Shown: piece by piece, positions 37,855-47,827 of the stretch
How the letters are laid out: each line of letters opens with the position of its first letter
Numbering within the stretch: position 1 is the stretch's first letter
From: a bacterium
GTDB lineage: Bacteria; Patescibacteriota; Minisyncoccia; Phycocordibacterales; UBA2100
Length of the DNA stretch: 64,000 nt
Direction of reading: 5' to 3'
Assembly (NCBI GenBank): GCA_030674455.1
Contig: JAUSGQ010000020.1
Span: forward strand, 13,461 to 77,460
Notes under the pieces: generated by a model
Databases searched by the model: none
What the model was told of the DNA's origin: nothing
The model's input: only the letters and a program-made list of their open reading frames with translations
Made by a program: the position numbers and the translations under genes

Positions 37855-39762
37855 ATGTCCCTCCTCGACCTCTTCAGAAGCAAAAAGACAAACGCCGAAC
37901 CGTCGGCGCTTCCCATACTCCCCGAGGAAATTTATTCGGCCGGCGTTTTGGATTTGCAGGATGTCATCGCTCCGCACGCGCTAAAGATAAGCTCGCGCGA
38001 ACTGGACTTGGGCGAGCGCATCGCGCGCACATTTTTTGTTATTTCCTATCCGCGCTTTCTCACCACCGGCTGGTTCGCGCCCATCATCAACATGGACAAA
38101 GTCCTGGACATTTCCATATTCATTCACCCGATGGACACGAGCGAAATGCTCCGAAAATTCCAAAAGAAAGTCGCCGAAGTGCAGAGCCAGATATCCACGC
38201 GCGAGCAAAAGGGAATGGTGCGCGACCCGATGCTCGATACCGCGTATTCCGACCTCGAGGGTCTGCGCGACTCTCTCCAGCAGGCGCAGGAACGCATCTT
38301 TGAGGTCGGCCTGTATCTCACCGTATACGGCAACACCCGTGAGGCGGTAGATAAAATAGAATCCGAGATACGCTCTGTTCTTGAATCGCGCTTAGTCTAC
38401 ATTCGCCCCGCGCTTTTTCAGCAAGAGCAAGGATTCAGGAGCGTCCTTCCGCTCGGCAATGACGAGCTCGATGTTCATACGAAATTGAATTCCGCTCCGC
38501 TCTCCTCTATCTTCCCATTTATCTCATTCGACCTCACTTCAAACCGCGGAATTCTCTACGGCATCAACCGGCATAATTCTTCGCTTATTCTCTTCGACCG
38601 ATTCTCGATGGAGAACTATAACTCGGTCATGTTCGCGAAATCGGGTTCTGGAAAGAGCTACATGACGAAATTGGAAATCCTGCGCTCGCTCATGTTCGAC
38701 ACGGAAGTCATCGTCATAGACCCTGAACGCGAGTATGAATATCTGGCGTCTACCGTGGGCGGCCGGTATTTCAATATTTCACTTTCATCGGAACACCACA
38801 TCAATCCGTTCGATCTTGCTATCCCGCGCGAAGACGAAAATCCTGCGGATATTTTGCGAAGCAACATCATTACTCTCGTCGGACTTTTCCGCATTATGCT
38901 TGGAGGCCTCTCTCCCGAGGAAGACGCTATTATCGACAGGGCGATAACTGAAACGTACGCGCTTAAAGACATTACGGCGGAAGCAAACTTCGCGGCAATT
39001 GAGCCGCCGCTACTCTCCGACTTTGAGCTGGTGCTCTCCGGCATGGAGGGAAGCGAATCGCTCGTACAGCGACTTTCGAAATATACTAAAGGTACGTGGT
39101 CGGGATTTATGAACAGGCCGACGAACGTGGACATGAATAAAAAACTCATCGTATTTTCCGTCCGCGATATGGAAGACGACCTGAAGCCCATCGCGATGTA
39201 CATCATTACGCACCACATATGGAATGTCGTGCGCAAAGAACTTCGCAAGCGCCTACTCGTCATAGACGAGGCGTGGTGGATGATGCGCTCCGCGGACACC
39301 GCCTCATTCCTGTTCTCAATCGCAAAAAGAGGAAGAAAATATTTCCTCGGTATTTCCACGATAACGCAGGACGTTTCGGACTTCTTGAACTCTCCGTACG
39401 GCCTGCCCATGATAACGAACTCGTCCATACAGATTCTTTTGCGGCAATCCCCGACTTCGGTGGACCTCGTCCAGCAGACTTTCAAGCTTTCGGATGAAGA
39501 AAAATATCTTCTGCTCGAGTCGGACGTGGGAGAGGGAATATTTTTCGCCGGACTAAAGCACGTGGCCATCAAAGTCATCGCTTCGTACACGGAAGACCAG
39601 ATAATCACATCCGACCCGTCGCAAATTCTTGCAATCCGCAAGGCAAAACAGGAATTGGCAGATGCAGAGAGCGCCCAGGCTACGTCTGCGATTACAACTG
39701 ACGCCGCTTCCTTCGCCCCGGCTCAGAATACCGCCGCCAGTTCTACAGCCACGCTCAAATGA
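37855..39762 (+). CDS. virB4: VirB4-like secretion/conjugation ATPase
   Basis: Walker A AKSGSGKS, IDPEREY, INPFD, IDEAW, KRGRKY, ITQD. Confidence 0.88.
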   Translation: MSLLDLFRSKKTNAEPSALPILPEEIYSAGVLDLQDVIAPHALKISSRELDLGERIARTFFVISYPRFLTTGWFAPIINMDKVLDISIFIHPMDTSEMLRKFQKKVAEVQSQISTREQKGMVRDPMLDTAYSDLEGLRDSLQQAQERIFEVGLYLTVYGNTREAVDKIESEIRSVLESRLVYIRPALFQQEQGFRSVLPLGNDELDVHTKLNSAPLSSIFPFISFDLTSNRGILYGINRHNSSLILFDRFSMENYNSVMFAKSGSGKSYMTKLEILRSLMFDTEVIVIDPEREYEYLASTVGGRYFNISLSSEHHINPFDLAIPREDENPADILRSNIITLVGLFRIMLGGLSPEEDAIIDRAITETYALKDITAEANFAAIEPPLLSDFELVLSGMEGSESLVQRLSKYTKGTWSGFMNRPTNVDMNKKLIVFSVRDMEDDLKPIAMYIITHHIWNVVRKELRKRLLVIDEAWWMMRSADTASFLFSIAKRGRKYFLGISTITQDVSDFLNSPYGLPMITNSSIQILLRQSPTSVDLVQQTFKLSDEEKYLLLESDVGEGIFFAGLKHVAIKVIASYTEDQIITSDPSQILAIRKAKQELADAESAQATSAITTDAASFAPAQNTAASSTATLK

Positions 39763-40064
39763 ACACAACCCGCATAAGCGTAACGACTGCAATTTTTTTG
39801 GTCGCTATAGCTGTATTAACTGACATAGCTGATTTTCTCTTGGGGATGGGGGCTTTGGGTATTCTTGTAGACATTCCTGCCGCTCTCATATTAGGAATAT
39901 GTTTTTCACACTGCGACGTAAGTTTGATGGATTCCAAACGCGTCGGTAAATTTCTAGCCACCATTGTTGCAGAGGCGACCCCCGTTGTTAACGACTTTCC
40001 TATATGGACTTACACGATCCTTTCCACAATAAAACAAGAGTGGCAAGAACCTCTCGAGATATAA
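39759..40064 (+). CDS. Small membrane protein
   Basis: 101 aa hydrophobic, ATGA overlap with virB4; ExxPxxxxxPxWT motif. Confidence 0.7.
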   Translation: MNTTRISVTTAIFLVAIAVLTDIADFLLGMGALGILVDIPAALILGICFSHCDVSLMDSKRVGKFLATIVAEATPVVNDFPIWTYTILSTIKQEWQEPLEI

Positions 40065-40071
40065 TTGCCAT

Positions 40072-41106
40072 ATGCAGACAAGAATTTACGTCATTTGTCT
40101 TACGGTCTTCCTTTTTTCTCCAACAACAATTCACGCGCAATTTAATTCCCCAAGCGAATTGGGAAAGATATTTATTTCTCTAACACCGGGGAATCCGGCC
40201 CCCGGCGAAAATGTTCAGCTTTCCGCGACAAGCCCGCTTATCGACCTCGCACGAAGTGACATCATCTGGTATGCGGATAAAAAAGTAATCGCGGAGGGGC
40301 GGGGTCAAATACATGCGGGCGTTACCGCGGGTCCTGCCGGGTCGGAGACTGATATCGTAGTCATCGCACAGTCCGAGAACGCAAGCGCAACCGGAGAAGC
40401 ATTTTTGAGACCGGCCGAAGTTGGACTAATGTGGGAATCCGATTCCTATACACAGCCCTTTTATAGAGGGCGCGCGCTTCCTTCCGCAGGAACAAAGCTC
40501 CGAGTGCAGGCACTCGCGCGGTTGGTCCTTCCAGATGGCAGTTCTGTACCGGAAAATGAAATTACCTACACCTGGAAGCGAAACGGTTCCGTTGTTGGGT
40601 CTGTATCGGGAATCGGCAAGTCTTTTGCGATTTTTCCGTCTCCATCGCTTTTCGGCACTGACATAATTGAGGTGGAGGCGGCTTCTGCGGACGGCACGCG
40701 CGTGGGACACGCAAGCGCGAGAATACCGTCCGTTGAACCCGTGCTTGCTTTGTATGAAGACCACCCTCTCTTTGGAATAATGTACGGAAAAGCACTCGAC
40801 AAACAGATTTCCGCAAAAGACCAGGAAATGACTTTCGCCGCAGTTCCATACTTTGCACAAGCAAGAAGCCCGGATGACGAACAATTCATATACAAGTGGC
40901 GGGTTAATGGGAGAGATATTACTGCTGATTATGCGCGGCCGAGCGAAATTACAATAAACTCAACGGATTCAAGCGGGGAAGCGCTTCTCGCTCTTACTAT
41001 AACTCGCGAACGCAACTGGAACATGAAAGCGAGCGGTGCATGGAATATTTTGTTCCCATCGGGGTCAGGCACGCCCGCAACTGACCCGTTCACATCCGCC
41101 CAATAG
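40072..41106 (+). CDS. Secreted Ig-like (beta-rich) protein
   Basis: Signal peptide; repeated YxWxxNG beta motifs. Confidence 0.75.
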   Translation: MQTRIYVICLTVFLFSPTTIHAQFNSPSELGKIFISLTPGNPAPGENVQLSATSPLIDLARSDIIWYADKKVIAEGRGQIHAGVTAGPAGSETDIVVIAQSENASATGEAFLRPAEVGLMWESDSYTQPFYRGRALPSAGTKLRVQALARLVLPDGSSVPENEITYTWKRNGSVVGSVSGIGKSFAIFPSPSLFGTDIIEVEAASADGTRVGHASARIPSVEPVLALYEDHPLFGIMYGKALDKQISAKDQEMTFAAVPYFAQARSPDDEQFIYKWRVNGRDITADYARPSEITINSTDSSGEALLALTITRERNWNMKASGAWNILFPSGSGTPATDPFTSAQ

Positions 41107-41230
41107 TCTTTTAATTGTATGCCCAGACACTCACTTTGGCATCGCCTCTTTATGAAAACAATCCTTGTGAGCAAACTTCGAACAATGGGACAAGTTCAGG
41201 TTACATCTAGGTATGCTTCGGCAATAAAGG

Positions 41231-41372
41231 TTCCTCGCGGCAAGCCGCGAGGAATTAGTGGAACTCGCTTCGCTCGTTCAGTCGCGCAGCAAGCTGCGCG
41301 GTATTCCACCTGTGTTGCGTCTTCGCTCGGACGAAGTGTGAGCAAGCTCCCACTTCGCTCCTCGCTAGCCAC
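41231..41372. repeat. Cluster of GCAA-tetraloop hairpins resembling IS200/IS605-type end structures
   Basis: TTCCTCGCG-GCAA-GCCGCGAGGAA, CGCGCA-GCAA-GCTGCGCG, GAAGTGTGA-GCAA-GCTCCCACTTC. Confidence 0.45.
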
Positions 41373-41402
41373 AATAAATTATGCCAAAGTTAGTGTACGG
41401 GT

Positions 41403-42713
41403 ATGATATCCACAAAAACATTTCTTCATTACGCCATAACTATCACGATCATTCTCCTCGTTGGAGGACTCGCCGGATGGTATTACTTTCTCAACAAGCA
41501 AAAGCAGGCAATTTCCACGAGCGACACGGGGCGGGGGTTAGACTCGCCTGCGCCCGCTTTCGGCGGCAGTACGGGGAGCAATTACAGCAACGTCTCCGGA
41601 ACAATCTCCGATGGCACGCCCGTCAATCAGGCCAAAGCACCGCCCCGGATTTGGCAGGTTACAAAAACGCCGGTCGCAGGCATGGGATTTGTTACAAGCA
41701 CTTCTTCAGCCGCAACAACATCAGCTGCGCAATTGTATTTCGTTGAGCGCGCAACCGGATACATCCTAAAAGCCGATACGGAAACCAGCCTGATATCTCG
41801 ACTTACAAACAAACTTTTTGCCCGCACATATGAAGCGTCGTTCAGTTCGGACGGTTCCGTAGTTCTCCGCTCAATCGACGACCGGGGCAATATCACGAGC
41901 TTTGCCGGTGATAATCCTCTGCAAAGTGCAGCGACAGCCTCCACTTCTCCAACGAACTCTAAAGAGCTCGCTGGGGGCCCACTTTCCGGCAAATATTTGG
42001 AGCCCAATATTCGTATGATCGTGCCGATGCAGAAAACACGTGAATTGCTTCTTCTCATACCGAATGCGGGCGGGGGATCAAGCGTGGTTCTATCGTCATG
42101 GAACGGTATTAAACAAAAAACTCTTTTTTCATCGCCTCTTGCTGGATGGAAACTCTTCTCCCTCTCGGATGGGCGGATATTTCTTTCTCTCTTGCCTTCT
42201 GATGATGCGGCAGGCTACGCGTTTGAGTTAAAAAACGGCACCCTGGTACCGCGTTTAAGGAACATCCCCGGGCTGACGTTCCTGCCGCGAACATCGTCGG
42301 ATGCCGTATTATTTGGCGAATCGAGCGGAAGGCTTTCGCTCTTCTCAAGCGCCAAAGAAGGGGCCGAGAGGGTGTATCTTCCGCTTCAAACTGTAGCTGA
42401 TAAGTGCGTATGGGCTCCCTTAAACGCGCCGCTTCGCAGAGCGTCGGGCGAGCGACTCATCGCGTATTGCGCTGTTCCGCAATATGTCGCGTCAAGCAAT
42501 TTTCTTATGGATTGGTACAGGGGAGCTCTGCGCACCTCTGACTCATGGTGGCGCATTGATACTGCTACCGGAGAAGTAACGCCTCTGCTTGAGACCGAGG
42601 AAACTGACAAGGTTTTTGATGTGGAAAATCCGATCATTGACAGCTCGGGAGAGCAAATAGCTTTTATGGACGCGAAAGACAAGTCTCTGTGGCTTCTTCG
42701 CATAACACAATGA
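41403..42713 (+). CDS. Membrane-anchored beta-propeller-like protein
   Basis: N-terminal TM, beta-rich repeats, C-terminal IAFMDAKDKSLWLL. Confidence 0.72.
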   Translation: MISTKTFLHYAITITIILLVGGLAGWYYFLNKQKQAISTSDTGRGLDSPAPAFGGSTGSNYSNVSGTISDGTPVNQAKAPPRIWQVTKTPVAGMGFVTSTSSAATTSAAQLYFVERATGYILKADTETSLISRLTNKLFARTYEASFSSDGSVVLRSIDDRGNITSFAGDNPLQSAATASTSPTNSKELAGGPLSGKYLEPNIRMIVPMQKTRELLLLIPNAGGGSSVVLSSWNGIKQKTLFSSPLAGWKLFSLSDGRIFLSLLPSDDAAGYAFELKNGTLVPRLRNIPGLTFLPRTSSDAVLFGESSGRLSLFSSAKEGAERVYLPLQTVADKCVWAPLNAPLRRASGERLIAYCAVPQYVASSNFLMDWYRGALRTSDSWWRIDTATGEVTPLLETEETDKVFDVENPIIDSSGEQIAFMDAKDKSLWLLRITQ

Positions 42714-43603
42714 CTATGAATACAAAGAATATCTTGAAACACCTTAAAACGCGCATTTCCAACGTCTTGTACGCTGTCGCGTTCGCACCGCTTGCAGATG
42801 TGGCAAGTTCCCAAAAACTTAGAGCTCTTTATAGTAGCGACGCCGATTTGGTCACTTACCTGAACACGCTATTCAAAGTGGCTATTTCGGTGGGAGCCAT
42901 TATCGCGGTATTGCGCCTCATGTATGCGGGCTACCTCTACATGGCAAGCGACATGTGGACAAGTAAAGAATCTGCGAGAAGTATATTTCGCGACGTCTTT
43001 GTTGGCCTGCTGCTTCTTCTTTCTGTATACATTATTCTCAAGCAGATCAATCCTAACCTCCTGAATTTGGACGCCAAGCTTAGCGAGGTGACAGTGGTTC
43101 TACCGAGCGACACCAGAAGAGATTGGGCGACTGACCCCGCGCTGAGCGCAGCAATGGCTACTGCATTTGGCGACAGTGGCAGAACATGGGAAAGATTACG
43201 AACTGCTGGCATAAGCAGAAACAAAAGCGAATGTACTGCGGCAGCCCCAACCAATTGCACGAGTCTGGGAGGGCTTGGCGAGGGTGCTGTTAACGGCCTT
43301 ATCAACCTAAAATCTGCGTGTACTGAAGCCGCCCGAGCTAGTTGCACAGGTTCCGCATGCAGTTGCGATGTTACTGTAACAGGTGGTACCGAATCATGGC
43401 TTCACAGCCGAGGCACTCAACATCGCCCCGGGAATTCTGTTGTTGATCTGGCTCCTTCAGCAGGTCTAAATACATTCCTTCTCGGATCCGGCGTAGCTCC
43501 TGTAAGCGGCCAGCAGGTTACCAAAAACTTTGCGCGTTACACATACGAAACCACCGGGGACAACGGCGTGTCGACTGGTAATCACTGGCACGTCCAGTAT
43601 TAA
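42710..43603 (+). CDS. VirB2/TrbC-like pilin domain fused to putative M15-type Zn-peptidase domain
   Basis: IIAVLRLMYAGYLYM...GLLLLLSVYIILKQINPNLL; then VTGGTE..H..QHRPGNSVVD...HWH. Confidence 0.65.
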   Translation: MTMNTKNILKHLKTRISNVLYAVAFAPLADVASSQKLRALYSSDADLVTYLNTLFKVAISVGAIIAVLRLMYAGYLYMASDMWTSKESARSIFRDVFVGLLLLLSVYIILKQINPNLLNLDAKLSEVTVVLPSDTRRDWATDPALSAAMATAFGDSGRTWERLRTAGISRNKSECTAAAPTNCTSLGGLGEGAVNGLINLKSACTEAARASCTGSACSCDVTVTGGTESWLHSRGTQHRPGNSVVDLAPSAGLNTFLLGSGVAPVSGQQVTKNFARYTYETTGDNGVSTGNHWHVQY

Positions 43604-43614
43604 TTTGCCGCGTA

Positions 43615-43751
43615 CCCAGTTAGTACAATTTGGCATAGGTTCTGCCGCGGTCTTCATGCAGGAAAGGGAAGGGAAAAATCGCGTGACTCAAAATCGCCAT
43701 CGTTCGGTAAGAACGGGTGAACCAAAGGCAATGCCAAATTGTCCTACTGGG
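43615..43751. mobile_element. MITE-like CCCGG element, copy E4 (137 bp)
   Basis: CCCAGTTAGTACAATTTGGCA...TGCCAAATTGTCCTACTGGG (compensatory A/T), flanks CGTA/CGTA; supplies the jag stop codon. Confidence 0.8.
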
Positions 43752-44238
43752 CGTATTTAATTACAACTCTGCGGTTTCTTCCTTCTCCTGCTGATTCTGT
43801 TTTTACGTTCGGCGAATCGGCGAGCACGGTGTGTACTATGAGGCGTTCATACGCATTCATCGGCGTGAGTTCAACATCATACTGAAAAGAGCGCGCCCGT
43901 TCCGCCATCATGAGTGCTTTTGTTTCCAATTCTTTTATCTGTTTTGCCCGGTAGTCGTTAACATCCACCAAAAATTGGAGGTATTCAACGGCTTCTTCGA
44001 CTCCCTCCGCATTTCTGGCGGTCTCGCCTGTCGGAAAAGACTGTTTTTCAGCGATTTTCTTCACGAGATGGTCTATGGCATGCACCGTATCGCCGTGCAT
44101 CCCGATGAACTGGCGTGCATCCTGCATTTGTATCGCAAAAATCGTCTGTCCCGCGATTTGATTTTTTACAACGCCGGAATGAGAGACGCCGAGAGCCTCG
44201 AGCAACTCATTGAGAATCTTTTCAACCTTTTTTTCCAT
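43744..44238 (-). CDS. jag: Jag/KhpB-family KH + R3H protein
   Basis: FIGMHGDT, VDVNDYR, PMNAYERLIVH, TESAGEGRNRRVVI. Confidence 0.88.
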   Translation of the reverse strand: MEKKVEKILNELLEALGVSHSGVVKNQIAGQTIFAIQMQDARQFIGMHGDTVHAIDHLVKKIAEKQSFPTGETARNAEGVEEAVEYLQFLVDVNDYRAKQIKELETKALMMAERARSFQYDVELTPMNAYERLIVHTVLADSPNVKTESAGEGRNRRVVIKYAQ

Positions 44239-44355
44239 GGGGCAACTATACCTCTCGAAAGAGAAAATCCCAAATCTCAAAGTCCAAATCACAAACAAAC
44301 CTCAATATTCAAACATCTAATATTGAAAACGAATTCTGTTTTGTTTTTTTGAGCT

Positions 44356-45126
44356 TTAATTGACTGGAGCTTGTTTGGAGCTTGGAATTTGGGATTTGGA
44401 GCTTATGTCGTCATTGAACCTTCTGCCCATCAGCAATTCTTGTGCGATCATCGCGGTGTTGCTCGTCACCCAGTAAAGCGCAGCGGCGGAAGGGACTGCA
44501 TAGGCAAATCCGCCTATCATTATCGGCAGTGCGTATCGCATCATCATATCGGCGCTTCTTGCCATGTCCTTAGAGAATGTGCCGTCGGGAGCAACTTTTT
44601 TAGCAGCGCCCATGGAAAGGCGCGTATAGATAATCTGCGTTACTCCCGCGAGAATGGCAAGAACAAAACTTTTGCCGGCCATATTTATAAGCCCGATGAA
44701 TTCCATATTCACTCCGGAAGGGACAGAAATAAAAGCGTACAAGCGTTCGAGATTGATTTCTGGAAGACCGCCCCAGGCAAATATCCAATACAAAGCCAAT
44801 AAAATCGGAAGCTGGATAAATATCAGCCCGAAACTCGCGAATGGATGCACATCATTCTCTTTATAGAGAGCAAACATGGCTTTACCTTGCTGTTCTCTGT
44901 CATTTTTGTATTTTTCTTTCAGCTTTTCCAGCTCCGGCGCAATTTTTTTCATTTTTTGCTGCGTCTCGATGGCGCGCTTGGAGAGAGGGAAGAGGATGAT
45001 GCGCACAATTATCGTCAAGATAATAACGGCAATGCCTACGTCATGAGTAGGAAGAATATCTACGATATAAATAAGCCCGTTATAGAGCGGGTTATATACG
45101 GCGGCATGGAATGCGGATGAAATCAT
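44356..45126 (-). CDS. yidC: Membrane protein insertase YidC
   Basis: GIAVIILTIIVRIILFPL, IQLPILLALY, ALYWVTSN; context with rnpA/jag. Confidence 0.93.
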   Translation of the reverse strand: MISSAFHAAVYNPLYNGLIYIVDILPTHDVGIAVIILTIIVRIILFPLSKRAIETQQKMKKIAPELEKLKEKYKNDREQQGKAMFALYKENDVHPFASFGLIFIQLPILLALYWIFAWGGLPEINLERLYAFISVPSGVNMEFIGLINMAGKSFVLAILAGVTQIIYTRLSMGAAKKVAPDGTFSKDMARSADMMMRYALPIMIGGFAYAVPSAAALYWVTSNTAMIAQELLMGRRFNDDISSKSQIPSSKQAPVN

Positions 45127-45138
45127 CGGACTAGTATA

Positions 45139-45271
45139 CCCGGTCAGTACAATTTGGCATAGTTTCTGCTGTGGCTCCGTTTGCGCCACACCAGTCTGTC
45201 ACCATCGCGTGATTTATTCGAGTTTATCAAGAATAGCTGTAACCGAGGCAATGCCAAATTGTCCTACCGGG
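45139..45271. mobile_element. MITE-like CCCGG element, copy E5 (133 bp)
   Basis: CCCGGTCAGTACAATTTGGCA...TGCCAAATTGTCCTACCGGG, flanks TATA/TGTA. Confidence 0.8.
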
Positions 45272-45283
45272 TGTACCCATCAA

Positions 45284-45640
45284 CTACAAAGCGCGAGGTT
45301 TTGCGATTGTGCGCGCCACAAGTTGCTCGACATCGTTCTTAATTTCCGCATAGGAGGCGGTATTCGCCAGCCGCATCGCGTAAAATACGAGAATCGCAGG
45401 CGCGGACACGGCGGATAGGCATTGCTTCATCGCCGCGCGCCATCTTCGTTTGATACGATTTCTTGCAACAGCGAGCGCGGCAGTTTTTTTAGAAACTACG
45501 CAACCAGCCTTGATTTCCGCCGTCTTTTGGCCGGCAAATGACCCAAATGACAAAATAAAAAGCGCTCCGCGCTCTCTTTTGAATTTGGCTTTTTCCGCGC
45601 GAACAAAATCCGCGTGCGTCAGTGAATTTTTTCGAGGCAT
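45284..45640 (-). CDS. rnpA: Ribonuclease P protein component
   Basis: VVSKKTAALAVARNRIKRR (RNR motif). Confidence 0.9.
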   Translation of the reverse strand: MPRKNSLTHADFVRAEKAKFKRERGALFILSFGSFAGQKTAEIKAGCVVSKKTAALAVARNRIKRRWRAAMKQCLSAVSAPAILVFYAMRLANTASYAEIKNDVEQLVARTIAKPRAL

Positions 45641-45704
45641 AAAGGTTCCTTGAACCCGTATTGGCTCCTCGGCTCGCCGCCCATTCGCCAATCAAACTGA
45701 AAAC

Positions 45705-45839
45705 CTATGTGGACAGTCGGGCGCGTCCCTTTCGGCGGCGGCGTTTCAAAAGCGCGCGCCCGCTCGTCGTGGCGGAACGTTTACGGAACCCGTGAGTCTT
45801 CGAACGCTTTCTCTTTTTCGGCTGATATGTGCGTTTCAT
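45705..45839 (-). CDS. rpmH: 50S ribosomal protein L34
   Basis: Hand translation [44 protein letters not shown]. Confidence 0.95.
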   Translation of the reverse strand: MKRTYQPKKRKRSKTHGFRKRSATTSGRALLKRRRRKGRARLST

Positions 45840-46093
45840 AAATGCGTATAGCGTATGGAGTATAGCGTATGGAGGGCGTGAAGGGAAGTAGCAGTGCCAA
45901 TCTACAAATTTATCCCAATCTACAAATGTCTACGAATGACATATACGTCCATTTGTAGTTATTTGTAGTATTCGAATCATTCGTAGATTGGAACATTTCA
46001 TTGTCCCCACGCTATCCACACCTTGTGAACACCCGCGACAAAAAGCGCGGGACTATACCTTCGCGGCGGGACGCGTATAATGACCGGTCTATG

Positions 46094-46226
46094 CCCGGTA
46101 GGACAATTTCGAATCGTCTCATATGAATATATTCCTACCGAATCAAAAAAATGCTGGACGAGTAGAGGGGCAATGCCCTTGTGCGATTATTTGCGACCGT
46201 AATAATTCGAAATTGTACTAACCGGG
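46094..46226. mobile_element. MITE-like CCCGG element, copy E6 (133 bp), at dnaA start
   Basis: CCCGGTAGGACAATTTCGAA...TTCGAAATTGTACTAACCGGG, flanks TATG/TATG. Confidence 0.8.
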
Positions 46227-46227
46227 T

Positions 46228-47613
46228 ATGCCTCCTACTTCAATGATGTCCGCTCCCTCGATGACGAATCGGGAACTTTGGCAAAACGCCCTCGTGCAAA
46301 TCGAGCTTGGGACATCCGAGGCAAGTTTTCGCACCTGGTTTCGCAACACAGACATCTCCAGCCGCGACGGAAGCACCGTGCATGTATCCGTTCCGAGCAA
46401 AATCGTTAAGGAATGGCTCGTAGAGAAGCACCACAAGCTCATTTTGAAGGCGCTCCGCACGCTCGATAGCACGATCCGGACCGTCGAATACACCGTCCAC
46501 CGCTCCGCGACACCGCCGGCAGTTGAAAGAAAGCCCGGACGAGCCCCGTCTCCGGAAAACGCGTCGTTCGACCTCCAGTCTCTCTACATCGACAAGCGCG
46601 ACAACCTGAATCCGCGCTACACATTCGAGACATTTGTCGTCGGCCCGTTCAACCAGCTCGCTCACGCGGCAGCAAAAGCCATCCTCGAGCGTCCGGGACA
46701 GATTTACAATCCGCTTTTTATATATGGCTCGACCGGACACGGCAAGACTCACCTCATACAAGCTATCGGCAACTACTTCAAGAAGGCGCATGCCAACAAA
46801 AAAGTGCTGTATGTTACATCTGAGCGCTTCGCGGTCGATTACATCAACGCGGTTCGCGCCGGCCGCGCGAACGGATTCAAAGACCAGTACCGGCAGTATG
46901 ACGTTTTGATAATGGATGACGTCCAATTCATCGCGAATACCGAAAAAACACAGGAGGAACTCTTCCATTTGTTCAACGCGCTCCACGACAACAACAAGCA
47001 GATAGTTTTCTCGTCCGACAAGCACCCGAATTTCCTCCCCGGCTTCGAAGAACGGCTGCGCGGCCGCTTCTCCGCCGGGATGATCGCGGAAATTCCTGAA
47101 CCCGATATTGAGTCTAGAACGGCTATAATCAAGGCTAAAATCGAGCAACATGGATTCAATATTCCCGACGACATAATCCAGTACATCGCCGAGAGCGTAC
47201 GCGGCAACATACGGGAACTTGAGGGCGTCCTTAATATGATCGTCTGCAAATCCCAGCTCAAGGGCAAGGCGGTTTCTCATGCGGACGTGCGGGCGCTGGT
47301 GAAGCACAATATAAAACCGAACAAGGGAGTCTCAATTGAGGAAGTCGTGCGCAGAATTTCCTTGTATTACGAAATCCCGGAAAAAAGTATTTACGAAAAA
47401 ACCCGCAAGAAAGAAGTTGTTAAGCCGCGGCAGATAATCATGTATATGCTTCGTGAAGAATTCAATGTTTCGTATCCGTCGATAGGGGAAAAGCTTGGCG
47501 GACGCGACCATACCACGGTTATTCACTCATGCGAAAAAATAAAACATGAAATAAAGACCAACACGTCGCTAGAGCAAGAGGTCGAGCACATACGCTCTCT
47601 CATTCACTCGTAG
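46228..47613 (+). CDS. dnaA: Chromosomal replication initiator DnaA
   Basis: LNPRYTFETFVVG, YNPLFIYGSTGHGKTHL, DDVQF, NIRELEG, GGRDHTTVIH. Confidence 0.98.
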   Translation: MPPTSMMSAPSMTNRELWQNALVQIELGTSEASFRTWFRNTDISSRDGSTVHVSVPSKIVKEWLVEKHHKLILKALRTLDSTIRTVEYTVHRSATPPAVERKPGRAPSPENASFDLQSLYIDKRDNLNPRYTFETFVVGPFNQLAHAAAKAILERPGQIYNPLFIYGSTGHGKTHLIQAIGNYFKKAHANKKVLYVTSERFAVDYINAVRAGRANGFKDQYRQYDVLIMDDVQFIANTEKTQEELFHLFNALHDNNKQIVFSSDKHPNFLPGFEERLRGRFSAGMIAEIPEPDIESRTAIIKAKIEQHGFNIPDDIIQYIAESVRGNIRELEGVLNMIVCKSQLKGKAVSHADVRALVKHNIKPNKGVSIEEVVRRISLYYEIPEKSIYEKTRKKEVVKPRQIIMYMLREEFNVSYPSIGEKLGGRDHTTVIHSCEKIKHEIKTNTSLEQEVEHIRSLIHS

Positions 47614-47827
47614 TGTGTTGATATGGTGTGGAAATCAATCTCACAACATCCGTATAGCCATCGAGAAAAATATAAAATTTAAAATAAAATCTAACAACTC
47701 TAAGCTATCAACATATCTTCAACACTCGAAGAACCTAAAATACCACCCATCTTCATCGTAAAATCATCTTATACACACAATACACAGACATAGTAGTAAT
47801 AGTATTTTATATATATAAAAAGTATTT
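47614..47827. other. Probable replication origin (oriC)
   Basis: AT-rich dnaA-dnaN spacer with TTATACACA (47769-47777) and degenerate boxes (TGTGGAAAT, CTATCAACA). Confidence 0.6.

Noticed and set aside
46240-47307. Long antisense ORFs (also 9217..10296, 38658..39641, 59543..60499)
   Set aside because: Shadows of well-supported genes on the opposite strand, with no motifs.
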